From contig OX597816.1 of NCBI GenBank assembly GCA_951406725.2, forward strand, positions 108,686,001 to 108,750,000: a stretch of DNA of 64,000 nucleotides, written 5' to 3'. Numbering within the stretch: the stretch's first letter is position 1; every line of letters starts with the position of its first letter. This document shows, piece by piece, positions 39,533 to 53,560 of the stretch. This DNA is from Octopus vulgaris. Its lineage: Eukaryota. Below the pieces are notes generated by a model. That model was not told the DNA's origin. It searched no databases and saw only the letters and a list, made by a program, of their open reading frames with translations. The translations under genes and the position numbers were made by a program.

Positions 39533-39946
39533 GGATCTTTTCGGTTTGAACGGCAGTTTTTAACATAATTTCTAGGTAACTAAACACTATTAAACTTCGT
39601 ATACTGGTAGAATGTGTTTATAAAACATCTTTTTCTCTTGGCTTTATTGAGAAAATTCTATAGTTTGTAAGATATTTGTTTTTTTTTCTTCAATTTCTGC
39701 AATTTCAACCAATCACTGACGTCTATTGAGGTAAAAAACATTCTGTGCCGTATGAATATGTGCCTCGTTTAAGAAACAGATTGGGTTTATTTACATTTGT
39801 GAAGAAAAAAGATACCCTTCCCTCCACCCCTAACCCTAACCCTAAAACAGATTGAAATGCAATAGATCGATACTAGGGTCGTAATTATGGGTGACAATTT
39901 CATATGACACCACTAGAAAAAACTGCCGTTCAAACCGAAAAGATCC
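39533..39946. mobile_element. GGATC-terminated MITE
   Basis: Perfect ~29-bp TIR ggatcttttcggtttgaacggcagttttt; flanks gatttggt / catttggt; internal ccctaaccctaaccctaa. Confidence 0.85.
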
Positions 39947-41236
39947 CATTTGGTTGATATTTCTAACAAATCGAATGCTTGCATAGATTCTTCCTTCATT
40001 TACTCGCTGTTGTATTTGTGTTTTTGAGGTTATCGCTGTTATTGTTGTAGGAGAGTAATCATCCCGCTCCACCCGCCAGTCAGCGTCGTGCTGTAAGGAG
40101 CAAACAGAGATAACGACCAAACTGGAAATAGAAGCTATTGAACAGTTAATGAATGGATGGCTGAATAAGTGACGGACACGTAAACTCATTTATTCCTTTC
40201 AGATGAACTACTATCGTTTCTTGCTTCTTTTTTTTCTTTTTTTTTTTTGTAAACTTTTTCGTTTGTTTCGGTCTTTAATACTCACTCATACCATTTAAAA
40301 ATATCAGTCGAAATTGTTGAGAGGCTAAAGTTATTTGAACTAGTTAGGAGTCACGGCTTCAAAATCCGAATCTGAAAAAAAAAAGTCACAGGAAAAAATA
40401 TATATAATGAATTTATTCCCAAGTTGCTACTGTGTGGTACCTTGGGCAAGCGTCTTCTAAAGCCTCGGGCCGACCAAAGTCTTGTGAGTGGATTTGGGAG
40501 ATGGAAACTGCGTGCATGTGTTTTACTTATTGTATTTATGCTGAACCGTTACAGGATGTGAAAAAAAAAGTCTTTTATTCCATTTCTTATACAAAATAAG
40601 ACAATGAAAGAAAATTTTAAGTCAGTCATTTATTGATAGTATAAAACATACGGACTGAAAACACCTTTCACGGTATCGTCAATAAATGGCTGAATTCCAG
40701 GTCGACTTTGCCTTTCATTCTTTGGGGATCGATAAATTAAGTACTAGTTGCGTACTGAAGTCAATCTAATCAACTGGCCCCCTTCCCCAAAATTGTTCTT
40801 CCTGAAGTTTTAATGGAAGATTTTCCTTCCAAACAATATTTTTTGTCTTCCTCACTGAATCGTCTCTCTCACACACAATTCCTCTCATCTTTCAGGTAAT
40901 TAGACTAATAAAACCAGTTTACATATTTCTCTTGCATTCTCTTTTATTATGATTTTATAATTGTCATTTTCCTTCTAACTGCACCTTTTCTGTTTTAAAA
41001 CCCATAAAAAATTACTTTCGGTTGTTTTTTGGGAGGGCTGGAATGGGTTAATTATATCTTAATTAATTTCAATGAGGAAAATTGATTTGTAAAACGAGTA
41101 AATTGTGAAATGAGCTTGGTCATAGAATGAATTAAACTCGTACTGTGCAGTATCACTGTGTATACACACACACACATGCACACACGCATGCAGACAGACA
41201 GATAGATAGATAGATAGATGAATAGATTGGTAGATA

Positions 41237-41279
<43 letters not shown>

Positions 41280-41354
41280 GTAAAACCAATATAAACTTAA
41301 TGAAAGCACTCAACTCTTATTTGCAATGGAGAAAAAATAATTATATGAGCTTAC

Positions 41355-41516
41355 TGTTTCATCCAGATCCCTGCATCTGTCTGTCAAAGTTTGAATTTCG
41401 TTTTCTTTTCGATTCAAGGCTTCTGTAAGTCGTTCACAAGTATTCTTCCAGCCAAAGAGTTCTTCTTTCTGGTTGCTTACTGAATGGGTCAGTTTCTCTT
41501 TGGTTTTCACCAATTC
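41355..41516 (-). CDS. Internal coding exon, same gene (ELVKTKEKLTHSVSNQKEELFGWKNTCERLTEALNRKENEIQTLTDRCRDLDET)
   Basis: cttttatttcag|GAATTG...GAAACA|gtaag. 162 nt, phase 0-0, heptad-like coiled-coil pattern; overlaps ORF 41310..41513. Confidence 0.85.
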
Positions 41517-41911
41517 CTGAAATAAAAGAAATAAGATAATGTAAGCTTCAAATGTATGTTCAACTATATGTTATCATTCTCTGAGAAGAAAAGGATTGTA
41601 ACAGTTTAATCTTTCACTTCAGAATAAAATTTCTTGGTTATTCCGGTAATGATATTAAATACCTGCCAAAAAATAGAATTGTTATTTTTTGAAAGTCACA
41701 TTACCTCAGTAAACTTGACATATCTCAACAAAATATTGTTTCAAAGGTGACATTCCTCAACAAAAGATATATTAGTTTATAAAACTGCTTTCTATAGTTT
41801 CGGTTAATGAAATTTTGAGTGGATATATCTGATTTTTGAAGTAAAGTGGTTAAGATACAACCAATCTGTGAAGCTTGGAATGTTGGTGTATCAAAAGCTA
41901 CACATATGGAA

Positions 41912-42309
41912 TACTCTTTTACTCTTTTACTTGTTTCAGTCATGTGACTGTGGCCATGCTAGAGCACCACCTTCAGTTGAGCAACTTGACCCCAGGACTT
42001 ATTCTTTGTAAGCCTAGTACTTATTCTATTGGTCTGTTTTGCTCAACCACTAAGTTACAGAGATGTAAACACAATAGCATCGGTTGTCAAGCGATGTTGG
42101 GGGGACAAACACAGACACACAAACACACACACGCACATATATATATATGACAGGCTTCTTTCAGTTTCTATCTACCAAATCCACTCACAAGGCTGTAGTC
42201 GGCCCAAGGCTATAGTAGAAGATACTTGCCCAAGGTGCCACGCAGTGGGACTGAACCTAGAACCATGTGGTTCATAAGCAAGCTACTTACCACAGCCACT
42301 CCTTCACCT
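41912..42309 (-). mobile_element. SINE family A copy (CpG-decayed)
   Basis: Reverse-complement match to family A. Confidence 0.85.
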
Positions 42310-44269
42310 AAGGAAAAATCTTCAAGAATTTTGTGGATGGATACTCACAGCCTCTCCTGTCACAGATGACAGTTGAGGTTCTGCAATTTCTTGCTGAACA
42401 ACCAGTACAGATTATTTGTTTATAATCACTGCCTCCATTAAATTGATATTGCCTGGTTAGGTGCACAGTGTGCATACATCAAATGTCAAAGTGATTGCAG
42501 AGCAATGAAGGGTTTTTGCTGAAGAACAGAACACACTACTCAATCTGAGAAGTAAAGCCATAATATTACAATCATGAGTGCAACACACAATAACTAGGTT
42601 ATGCACCCCTGAGAATTAAACTGCCTTAAGATACAATCAATGTATAAGGACAGCACAATAAAGACCAAAATGTTGATTCAAGGTATTCATCTTACAGAGA
42701 ACAGATGATACTTGGAGATAAATGTTAAAATGCTATAAATCCTATTAATATTGGTTTCAAATTTTGGTACAAGGCCAGCAATTTCGTGGGAAGAGTTAAG
42801 TTGATTAAATCAGTTCCAGTGCCTAACAGGTGCTTATTTTATTGACCCTGAAAAGATGAAGGGCAAAGTCAGCCCCAACAGAATTTGAACTCAAAAATGT
42901 AAGGATGGCTGAAATGATGCTAAGCAATTTGCATGCTAATGATTCTGCTAGTATGCTGCCTATAAGTCCTATCAATATCAAGCAATAAATCATACTGTGT
43001 AGAAGATTACTTCTCTTATATGATGGGGTGAAATCAGGATTGTGAACTGATGGTTAAACGACAGCAAAATACCAAAAAAAAAAAAAAAATTACAAAGCAC
43101 TGGTATAAGATGATATACCAAAAAATAGGGGAAAGAACCCCCTTTCCATAAAACCTGGAATTCTATACTTAAGGTAAATGTTTGAATTGGTGAATATACA
43201 GCAAAACAGTTCAGCATTTTCACCACTTTATCTGCTTGCGTTTTTATTTCATCTTGCTTGAACAAAGTCAGCTCTTTCTATTCCAATAACACACTTTTTC
43301 ACCCCAAAAAGGCAAAGTATGACATAAACTAAGAATATATTTCCTGTTCTTTCATTGTTTACTTATATATTTGCTTGTTGCTGTTGCTATTATTATTATT
43401 ATTATCATTATTATTATTATTATTAAGTCATATTTTCTAAAGTATTTTAATAATTTTCAGTGAGGTAATTTAATATTGCTAAACTTTAAACTTTCCTGGA
43501 ATTTACAGTATGTACACACACACACACATAAATTGAACACAATCAAATGCTAAAAGCATAAATAATGTCAAGAAAAAGTATTAAACATTTATACACAATT
43601 TTTTCAAATGTCAATGTTGTTTATTCTTATTTCATATTGGAATTAAGCATATTGGTCAATTAAAACAGAAAACTAAATATTTCTTCATTATTTTGAAAGA
43701 TACAACAGACAAAAACATCTGCAATCTGATTCTATATTTCAGAAACTGAGTTTATATTGGCCCAGGTAAAGGTGATGGTGGTAGTTGAAGAACTAGTGAT
43801 GGTGTTGGTGGTGGTGGTGGTGGTGGCTGTGTTGTTGGTGTTGGTGTTGGTTGTATTAGTGGTGGTTGTGTTAGTGATACTCTAGTTCTGAAAGAGATTT
43901 AAAGAATAAGTCCAGTCTTCCTTGAAATATCATATGAAACAAAATGAGATCTCCAAGATACAAGAAGATAACGTATAATATCTATGCTGTTATAGACAAA
44001 AAGATACTGACAGCTACCTTGAAGGGTTTACTTGATTAAATACACACACATGCCATGTTCCTGTCATGAAAAACCACAGTTACCTCTCACACTCCTGGTT
44101 AGTCAGAGTTCTACCATGTGGGTTACCCACGAGCATTGTTTTTAGATCTAGTTTTTTTCATTCGCAAAATATGCATTTTTTTAAAAGGAATTAAAAAGTC
44201 TGAAAATCGGCTATAATAATATAGACTTCTAGTTTCATTGTTATGAAGGGATGATAGTTCTCTTGCATT

Positions 44270-45238
44270 TAATGAGGCTGTAAAGAGAGAGGCTTGGAGA
44301 TGCCACTATGAAAGGTTGCTAAATGAAGAGAATGAATGGGAGAAAGAGAGTATGCCAAATGTTGACCCAACAGAAGGACCAGCTATCTGAATTGACAATA
44401 CCTTGGTAGATAAAGCAATTAAGGGGATGAAGACAGGGAAAGCACCCAGCCCATCAGGAATCACTGCAGTGATGCTCAAAATATCTGGTGGTGTTGGCTA
44501 TAGTCTAGTCACTCATATAGTCAACCAGGTGATACATGAAGGAGTCATCCCCAATGACTGTGTCAACTGCTACAAAAGTAAAGGTGACAGTCAACTGCTA
44601 CAAAGGTAAAGGTGACACTTTAGATACAAATAATTACAGAGGTATCAAGTTGATAGATCAGGTAATGAAAGTCATGGAGAGGGTCATAGCCCAACCAATT
44701 AGGGAGAGAGTCAGTCTAGATGAGATGCAGTTTGGGTTTGTGCCAGGGAAAAGCATCACTGATGCTATATTTCTGGTAAGACAGCTGCAGGAAAAATACT
44801 TAGCCAACGATAAACCTCTGTACCTCGCTCTCGTTGACATGGAGAAAGCCTTTGATAGGGTCCCCCGATCCCTTATCTGGTGATCAATGAGGAAACTAGG
44901 GATAGATGAATGGTTAGTGAGAGCTGTGCAAGCCATGTGCAGGGACGCTGTCAGTAAGGTGAGAGTTGGCAACAAGTACAGTGAAGAATTCCGGGTAGGG
45001 GTAGGGGTCCACCAAAGACCAGTCCTCAGCCCCCTCTTATTCATCATAGTCCTCCAGGCAATAACAAAGAAATTCAAGACAGGATGCCCCTGGGAGCTTC
45101 TCTATGCTGATGACCTTGCTCTAATTGCTGAGTTGCTATCAGAAATAGAGGAGAAGTTTTAGGTGTGGAAGCAAGGATTAGAATTGAAGGGTCTTAGAGT
45201 CAACCTAGCAAAAGCCAAAGTTTTAATAAGTAGGAAGG
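44270..45238 (+). mobile_element. RTE-clade LINE reverse transcriptase fragment (disrupted)
   Basis: Motifs KTGKAPSPSGI, NYRGIKL, QFGFVPGKS, VDMEKAFDRVPR, GVHQ-PVLSPLLF and LLYADDL (YADD at 45103-45114). Contains stops and a 28-bp tandem duplication at ~44562-44617 that shifts the frame. Confidence 0.92.
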
Positions 45239-48200
45239 GCTAAATTTCAGTTAGGCTGTTGAAATGTGAAGCTAACGGTTTAAGAAATACTCCTAATTTA
45301 AATTTTTATGAACTGAATTAACTTAGTGAAATCATAAATCCAGCTATCTGAGTCAATGACTCCCCAAAATATATGAAATGATATATATGTAAAAATACTA
45401 ATACACAGAAAAATACTAACACACAGATGCACAGAAAAATATATATAATATACTAACACACAGAGATATTAAAATAAAACCCGTGGTTGAAAAGAATCTT
45501 GTGATGTGAAGAATCAAGGGTGAAAAATCAACATAGACAACAGCGTGCGGTTGTCATGATAACAAACTGCTAATGCCACACTATGAGATGATTGGTGAAA
45601 ATTACCCAAATTTCCAAACTTTAATTCCAAATAACATCAGATTCTTTAATTCATGAGATAAAGTAATTGGTTGATCGTAATCAAAATTCAGAGTTGCATC
45701 GATACACCAAAACTGAGAGTAGTCTGAGCAAAATTAAAATTGTGAATGAAAAGGACTAGATCCTTATTTTTTTTCTGGATCTCTTTTCCTTCATTCTTTC
45801 TCCTCTCTGAACTTTTCTCTGTGCATCCAATGAAAGACTAAGTTTGAAATGTTATACTTTTACTCAATAACTTCATTTTATATTTCCTTCCTTCATTATC
45901 AACCTCATAATATTAACTGAGAATGTTCCTTTTTATGTTTTGTTTTGTTTTTGATATTTGATTTTTCTTTTTGTTATTGATTTGCTCTCACTCTCTCTCT
46001 TCTCTCTCTGCCCTTTGCCCTCTCTCTCTCTCTCCACTCTATCCCCCCTCTCTCTCCCCTCTCCCTCTCTGCCCTCTGCCCTCTCTCTCACTGCCCTCTC
46101 TCTGTCTGCCCTCTCTTTCTACCCTCTCCCCCTCTCTCTGCCCTCTCCCTTCATATACACACACATGCACACGCACACACAATGAGCTTCTGCACAGTTT
46201 AGCCCATTAAATTCACTCAATCATTGTTCAGCTCAGAGCTATGGTATAAAACAATTGTTTTAGGTGTTCTGCAGTGAAACTGAACCAGAAACTGCATCAT
46301 TGCAAAGCAAGCTTCTTAACCATACAGCCATGCCACCACATGTATCACCTAACTGTCTGGATGTTTTGAGTTCTTGTCCTATTTTTGTATTTTTACATAC
46401 TTACATACATACATACATACATACATACTAGACTACCTGTGACCTGTTGAATCATCTAGGAAGTCTGCTTTCCAGTGACAGAGTTTTGTTTTGTGGGTTT
46501 TTTTCTTCTTTTCCAGGTTATTTTGCATACTTTCAACAAATGTGGTATCAAAATCATGTGTAAATGGCACCTTTCCCCAGAAAAGGAAAGATTTGGCTGC
46601 TATTTCTTACACGCCCTGCTACTACGTAATAGGTATTTCAGATCCTTTATTGCAAAATGCTGTTGCAGGGCTTGCTAGAAATAGCAACCAAATGTTTGGA
46701 GTTTAGATACGCTGAATGCATTTGAAAAAGTTTTTATAATAGTATTCCCTTGGGGCGATCTTTCGCTTTGACTCTCAAAACTGTCATTTGGATCAGCTGA
46801 TTTTGAAGAGTTGAAGCTGCATATCAGTTTTTCTATTTGAGGCTGTTAGTTCCTTGCTTAATTTCTTCCTCATTTCTTGGGAAAGAGATGCTCTTTATAG
46901 CATTTCATTGCAGATTCCAAGAAAGAGAGATTGGAGAATTAACCTCAATACTTGACCTGTACTTGATTTTTCAACACTAGGAGGTAGAAAGTTAAAGTTG
47001 ACTTCAGCAAGATTTGAACTCAAGGACACATGTTCCGAACAACTACCACAAGGCATTCTATCCAATACATTTCTTCATATTGAAAGTAAAATATTGTTGT
47101 TAACTTGAAGCATTGCCTTCAAAATTTGAACGGAGATAGGGAATGGAAACCACAACAATACTGAAAATAGGGAAAAATATATTTATTCATTATTTTGGCT
47201 TCAATGGACTTAAATCATGAAATTCAAAAATAATTTTAATGCACATTTCAGTACATGCCATTATGATTTTATATCAAACATTGCAGGAAACAATATTTAA
47301 TTGGCATAGCTTTCATAAAGCTGAATATTGAATTAGTGTTTGTTTCTTAATCTTTCTTCAGCTTTTTTCAGGCTTTTAATCCTACAATTTTCTCTTTATA
47401 TAACTGCTATTGAACTGCAACAGTTTCTGTTGTTGTTCAGTTTCAGTAGACTTATGACTAAAAGCACGAACATCCTTGGAGTATATTACACGTGTCGTTT
47501 TTTAGAGATGCTCAGGTATGGTTTTGATGGGGGTTTGCTTGCTAGATCTAATAGGTAGAATGACTACATAGCAGATCCCTTCTTAGTTCACTGTACTTTG
47601 GAAGTATCAACCATATATGTTACATTTTTCTGTCCTACTGAGAGACATAAAATATCATCAAAGTTAGTCTGAACACCCTGTACATACAAGGGGCTACTCA
47701 AAAGTAACCAGAAACATTCTCTGTGGGACAAACTCAGGTTATTTCAGACATCCACCACTAGAAGTCTGCCAACTGGTGTTGTCCAGTGGGGCCGTACTGC
47801 CACATAGTGTCTTTGTTTTGCATGCATAATATTCACCACACCTTGTGTGTGTGTGTGTATGGATGGATATAGATATGTATACATATACATACACACATAC
47901 ATCATGCCATGAGAAATCTGTCTCAATAAATTCCATCTGACCCATGCAAGCATGGAAAAATAGGCATCAAAATGATGATGATGATGAAACAAGTACTGAC
48001 CATTAATTTTTAGTATAAAACTCTGAAGCCACCATACAGGTTATAATGTTATACACATGGCAAGCTCCCTGTAGGGTTTCTATCTACCAAATTCCACTCA
48101 CAAAATATTCATCAACCTGAAGTTACAGAAGACTCATTCTAGGTGCTATGATATAGGGTCAAACTTGGAACCTTATAATCATGAAACAAGCTTCTTAACC

Positions 48201-49090
48201 ATATAGCCATACCTAAACTTAAACAATGACAATGTAAATTCTTGGTTCATGACAAGTGTATTGAGACTTAAGATAATTCTCGTACAATGGGAGGGGAAAA
48301 ATGAGCAGATCAAATTATTATGTATAGGATATATTAATCTAAATGGATTATGTCATTTACAGTAACAGTCTAGATAAAGCATAAGAAGTTTCTTGAATGA
48401 TGTAAACAATTTACTTAAGAAAGATAAAGAATGTGCAAGGCTATTGATTTTTTCCTTTTTAAATAACCATTTTTCTTGAAAATTTATGGAAATTTATGAA
48501 AATATGAATATTTGCCTTACTGCTGAAACAATTGGTGGTTGTTGCTAAGGTCCAGGTTAGCTCTGATCGATAAACCTTTGATCAATTGTGTTCCGGCTGT
48601 GAATATCATTTCTTTTCCTTATTTTCTAACATAATGTATCTAGGAGTATTTTATCCTATGTGTCCTTTCTTTTTTAAGATAGCTGGATATAATCTAATAT
48701 ATATTTAGTTGCTAATTCTAGCTAGTTGAACTATGGTTTTATTGATGGATGTCTATCCTAATGCTTACCACTCTGTGTCATGACCATTTTATAATGGAAG
48801 GCAATGTTTATGATATCAGGAGAATATATCTCCTTCTCCCAATATATTCTGTTCTTCATGTAGCTCAAGCTCCAGTAGGTGAAGAAAGAAGTCTTTAAAT
48901 ACAAATTCAATTTACAACCGGTTTATTTACAAGCTTCACAGAATAGGTGAAGTGTGTTGCTCTCAGCAACCATCTTGAGCTGTGTGTGTGGTGTTGTATC
49001 TCTATTAGTGTGGGCACATTGCCTCTGGAAGTACAACATGCAGACAGGCCGAGCCAGTGAAGTGTGCTCAGCAAGCGCTGCTGTGTAGAA

Positions 49091-49131
<41 letters not shown>

Positions 49132-49364
49132 CTGTTTCTGTTTTGCCCTTATATACAGTTTGCCATTGTGAGCCTTGTTGTGATCTCATGCATGGCAAAT
49201 GGATGCAGGTGAGGTTTGCTCTAGTCTCAGAGATGGCAATGGCTGTTGCGAGATCTGATCCAATATGGTGCTGACTGCTTGTGCCACTACAAATCAAACA
49301 GAACAACTTAGCTTAACACAAAGACAAGTAAAAATCTGTACCCCTGAACATGCTTTTAGTAAAT

Positions 49365-49807
49365 ATCCTTTCCACTATAAGCATGAAGCCTGAAATTTTG
49401 TGGGCAGGGTTTAGTCAATTTCATCGACTCTATTGCTCAACTGGAACTTATATCCTCAATCTTGAAGGGATGAGAGGTGAAGCTGACATTGGCAGAATTA
49501 GAATTAAACATAAAGACAGATGAAATGCTGCTAATTATTTTGTCTGGTGTGACAGCAACTCTGTCAGCTCACCGCTTTCAGGCTGTTTGTAATGATCCTT
49601 TCTACTATTGGCACAAGGCCTGATATTTTTGAGGAGAGGGCCAGTCAGTTAAATCAACCCCAGTGCTCAACTGGTGCTTATTTCATCAACTCCCAGAAGG
49701 ATGAAAGGCAAAAATCGACCTCAGTGGAATTTGAACACAGAACATCAAGACAAACGAAATGCTAAGCATTTTGCCTGATATGCAAATGATTTTGTCAGCT
49801 CACTGCT
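49365..49807 (-). mobile_element. Two tandem SINE family B copies
   Basis: 49365-49576 and 49595-49807 are each homologous to family B. Confidence 0.78.
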
Positions 49808-50297
49808 TTCAAGCCATTTGTGATAATAATAATTATAATGATGATAATGGATGACGACGACGATGATGATGATAATAAATTAATGATTTCTATCCCCAAA
49901 ATAATGAAGGAGAAATTACAGTTAAGCAATCACCTAACAACAAAATGATAGAACACTTATGAAAGTAGTTTGTAACATTTTTTGTTATTGATGTTCAATG
50001 TGATTGTTGATTTTTTTTTTATCAGCATAAAAGATTGCTTTCATTAAATTAGTATATTTAAAAGGGAAAAATGTGAGATGATGAAGAAGAGTTTTTATTA
50101 AGAAAGAAGTAGAGTACAGAAGTTATTTTTCTGTAATGCTGGCATTACTCATAATATTTCTCTTCCTTGCTCTCTGTGTGTCTGTCTCTCTGTCTCTTTG
50201 TCTCTGTCTCTCTGTCTGTCTCTGTCTCTCTCTACACACACTTGTGTGTGTATGTGTGTGTATGCGCGCATGTGTATGTATACATATATATAGATAT

Positions 50298-50515
50298 AGG
50301 CAAAGGCGTAGCTGTGTGGTATGAAGCTTGCTTCCCAACTACATAGTTCCAGGTTCAGTCCCACTGAGTGGCACCTTAGGCAAGTGTCTTCTACTATAGC
50401 TTTGGGCTGACCAAAGCCTTGTAAGTGGACTTGGTAGATGGAAACTGAAAGAAGCCTATTGTATTTATGTGTGTGTGTTTTTGTCTCTGTTTGTCCTCCC
50501 ACCACCACTTGACAA
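50298..50515 (+). mobile_element. SINE family A 5' half
   Basis: Head and core match to family A. Confidence 0.78.
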
Positions 50516-51757
50516 GCAGTTAACCAGCAATGGTGAGATGGTTCAAACAGTTGCACAATATTTTCTGTGCAAAAAAAACCAAAAAAACTACATTGGTGTT
50601 ATATTGGTTTCATATTTTGGCACAAGGCCAGTAATTTTGGGGTAGGGGACAGTCGACTTATTTTATCAACTCCGAAAGGATGAAAGCAAAAGTTGCATTT
50701 TTTACTCAAGCATCATTTTATCACAAACTTAAGGCAAATTTAACAAAAACTTAGCAAATGACTTATAGTACATTGGAAGTTAACAAAAGGGAGCAGCTTA
50801 CATCATCTCAATGTATATCCTTTCCCAGTTTATGTAACCCATATAGATGTATATCTTACATTGTTTAATGACTGGGGTTATCTTTTAGAAATGACGTTTT
50901 TTTTTTATCTATTAGTAAATGGCAAATGATAATATAAAGATTACAGGAGTACAGACATCTTCAGCTGTCAGTCAGCATCACTGTAGATGGCTGATGACAA
51001 AACAAGAGCATTGGTGTTACACCCTGATAGTAGATTGTAGCAATACAAAACATCACAGCTAAAGATACAAGTTTTACACTTTGTAAGTAATTCTCTTGAC
51101 CAAAATATAAAAAAAAAATCATACACACATTCATGCAGCAGTTCTGATTAGCACTAGTGTTTGGTTATGGTATAACTCTCACATTTATTTTTGTTTTACA
51201 ATAAATTTCTTACAGAGTTCAAACTCATGGCTGAAAAGCAACAAAATCTTTAAATGAGTTAAATAAATATTGTCTTGAGCTCTGGGACTCATAGAGCCAG
51301 TTACCCAGTTTCCATGGCATATAAGCACTAGCGTAGCTGGGGATAGAGGCGGCACTTTTAATGGGGCATCACTTTTGGGTCTGAGGTCAGTAATATGTTT
51401 TTTTTTGTGGGGTCTGATGTCTTGGGCAGCAAACGGAAGGGCCACCCCAGGCAGCACTCACTCTAGCTATACGAGTGCATATATGTGACTGAGATCACAA
51501 CATAACTGCTGAATGGTATGCCAGTTCATTGTAGGGTTACACATTTACAACTGAGTCAATTGGAACAATGCGAAATGAAGTGCTTTGCTCATGAACACAA
51601 TGCACCACCTGTTCTCGGAATCAAAACCCTGATCTTGCACTCATGAGTGCAAGACCCTGACCATAGGACCACAAGACCACACACCCCCACCAATGAGCTC
51701 AATGTTGTAGTCTAAACAAAAGAAAAAAATAAATATCCAATACTTGTACTGAGTTGT

Positions 51758-51830
51758 GAAAAAGTGTAGCATGGTAATGTTCCTGATGATACTGAGGACA
51801 ATTTATTGTTTGAAGAAAGTATTGATGATT
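51758..51830 (+). mobile_element. pogo-like transposase C-terminal relic
   Basis: Frameshifted KKCS.../NVPDDTEDNLLFEES resembles the pogo-family FKKC-ISN-LDGTEDD motif. Confidence 0.35.
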
Positions 51831-52499
51831 TAAATCTTAATTCAGTGATGAAGAGAGCTATGTGGATGGCAACAGCAAGAATGAATGTTCAGGGTTTGAG
51901 AATACTGGTTTACTTAGTTCTGAATAGAATGTTTACCTGGGTTTTGCAGATGATGATTAAATAAATCTTATGATCTTTTTTATCACATTTATTGAACTTT
52001 GGTCAATTTTGTTAAAGTTGAAGGTTAAAGAAAAAGAGAAAGGAATTACCAAGTTTGATACAGAAAATTTGTAAGTTGGCCGAATTAAAGATGAATTTAT
52101 AACTGAATATTGAAATTGATTTGTGGTGTTTGAAGCTATAGATGAAGGTAGCCACCAACAACATATAAAAGAGTTTAAAAGAAGTATATTAGACTGTAAC
52201 CAAAGATGTTCAGTGTAGAAGAAAGATAAAAGGAAGAAAATGGAATTTCACGAGAGATGAGAAGTTATTGAAACACAGAACAAATGAAAAGGTTTTGCTG
52301 AAAGTTATAGAGGAAATAAAAGTGGAAATAGATATTAAAGTCTTAACAGAAATGTGCAAAGGTGTTCAGTAGTAAGAGATAAAAGATTTTTGGAAGTGAA
52401 AGCTGATGAAGTACATAAGTTATTCTATGCAAGAAGTAGTAGTGAAATCAGAAAGGCTTATATGAAATAATAAATGAGATTAGAAAGAAAAGAGATCAT

Positions 52500-53560
52500 A
52501 AATACAACCTGTTGTAGTACTGGCGAGGATCTAGTAACATGCAAATAAATGACCAAGAAAGATTTAAAGAATATCTTGAGTCATGAACAAATCATTTAAT
52601 GGGAAAAATACTCTGATATTTCCTGAACCACAAAAGAAGGTGGAAATGGCTCTACATGAAATATATGTTAAAGAAATAGTTAAAGCAATTAAGAAACAGA
52701 AATGCTTCTTGATGAGATGGAAATGCAGGAGAAATGTTAAAACAGATAAGCAGGTGACTATAAGAGCATCTTTGAAGCTGTTTTGTAATATATGAAATAC
52801 TGAACCTGAAAATAATGATGATATAATCCATGGAGATTAGAATACTGAAAAAATGAGGTTTCATAGGCAATGTGGATATCAGGTAGGTATAACCCTGAGC
52901 AGCATAGTATTAAAACTGTTCAGTTTATTTATTCTGAATAGGCTACAGACTGCTTTAGGCAGTATGTTAAAGGGTAAACAAGCAGACTTCCTGTGACTGT
53001 GAAGTTATAGTGATTAGATATTTTTACCAAGGCATGTTATACAAATTCAGACAGCCTTTAATAATGGCTGTTGTAGACTCTGAAAAGGACTTTGTTAGTA
53101 AACAGACTGGAAAGTACTATGCTACTGTGGTTTGCATGGGAAATATGTCAATCTAAACGGTACAATACATCAAGATGTAAATATGTTGTAAATGTAGACA
53201 ACCAGCCCTGAAATGAATTTTGAAGATAGGAATAAAGGGTTGCAGGGAAGTGTTCTCTCACCTCTTTTGTTTGCTGCTCTAGTAACCTACATCATGAAGG
53301 AAACCATTGAAAATAGAAAAGGTAGAACTGAATGGATTTATTGAAAGTACATAGCAGATGTGGATCATCACCATCATCATCGTTATCATTGTTTAATGTC
53401 TGTTTTCATGTGGCATGAGTAAGATGGTTTGACAAGAGCCGGGCAGACAGAAGCCTGCACCAGACTTCTGTAAGTGTTTTGGCAGGATTTTTACAGCTGG
53501 ATGCCTTTCCTAACACCAACCACTCAGCATGCTGATGATATTGTTTTTCTTCGTAATAAA
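52500..53560 (+). mobile_element. Highly degraded RTE-like LINE RT fragment
   Basis: Broken-frame motifs GITLSSIVLKLFSFIILNRLQ, VDSEKDF, QGSVLSPLLF, and HADDIV after an insertion. Confidence 0.65.
53365..53527 (-). mobile_element. RTE-tailed SINE 3' fragment inserted in the degraded RT
   Basis: (cat)n tail plus tacagctggatgcctttcctaacaccaaccactc, homologous to 57376-57530. Confidence 0.7.
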
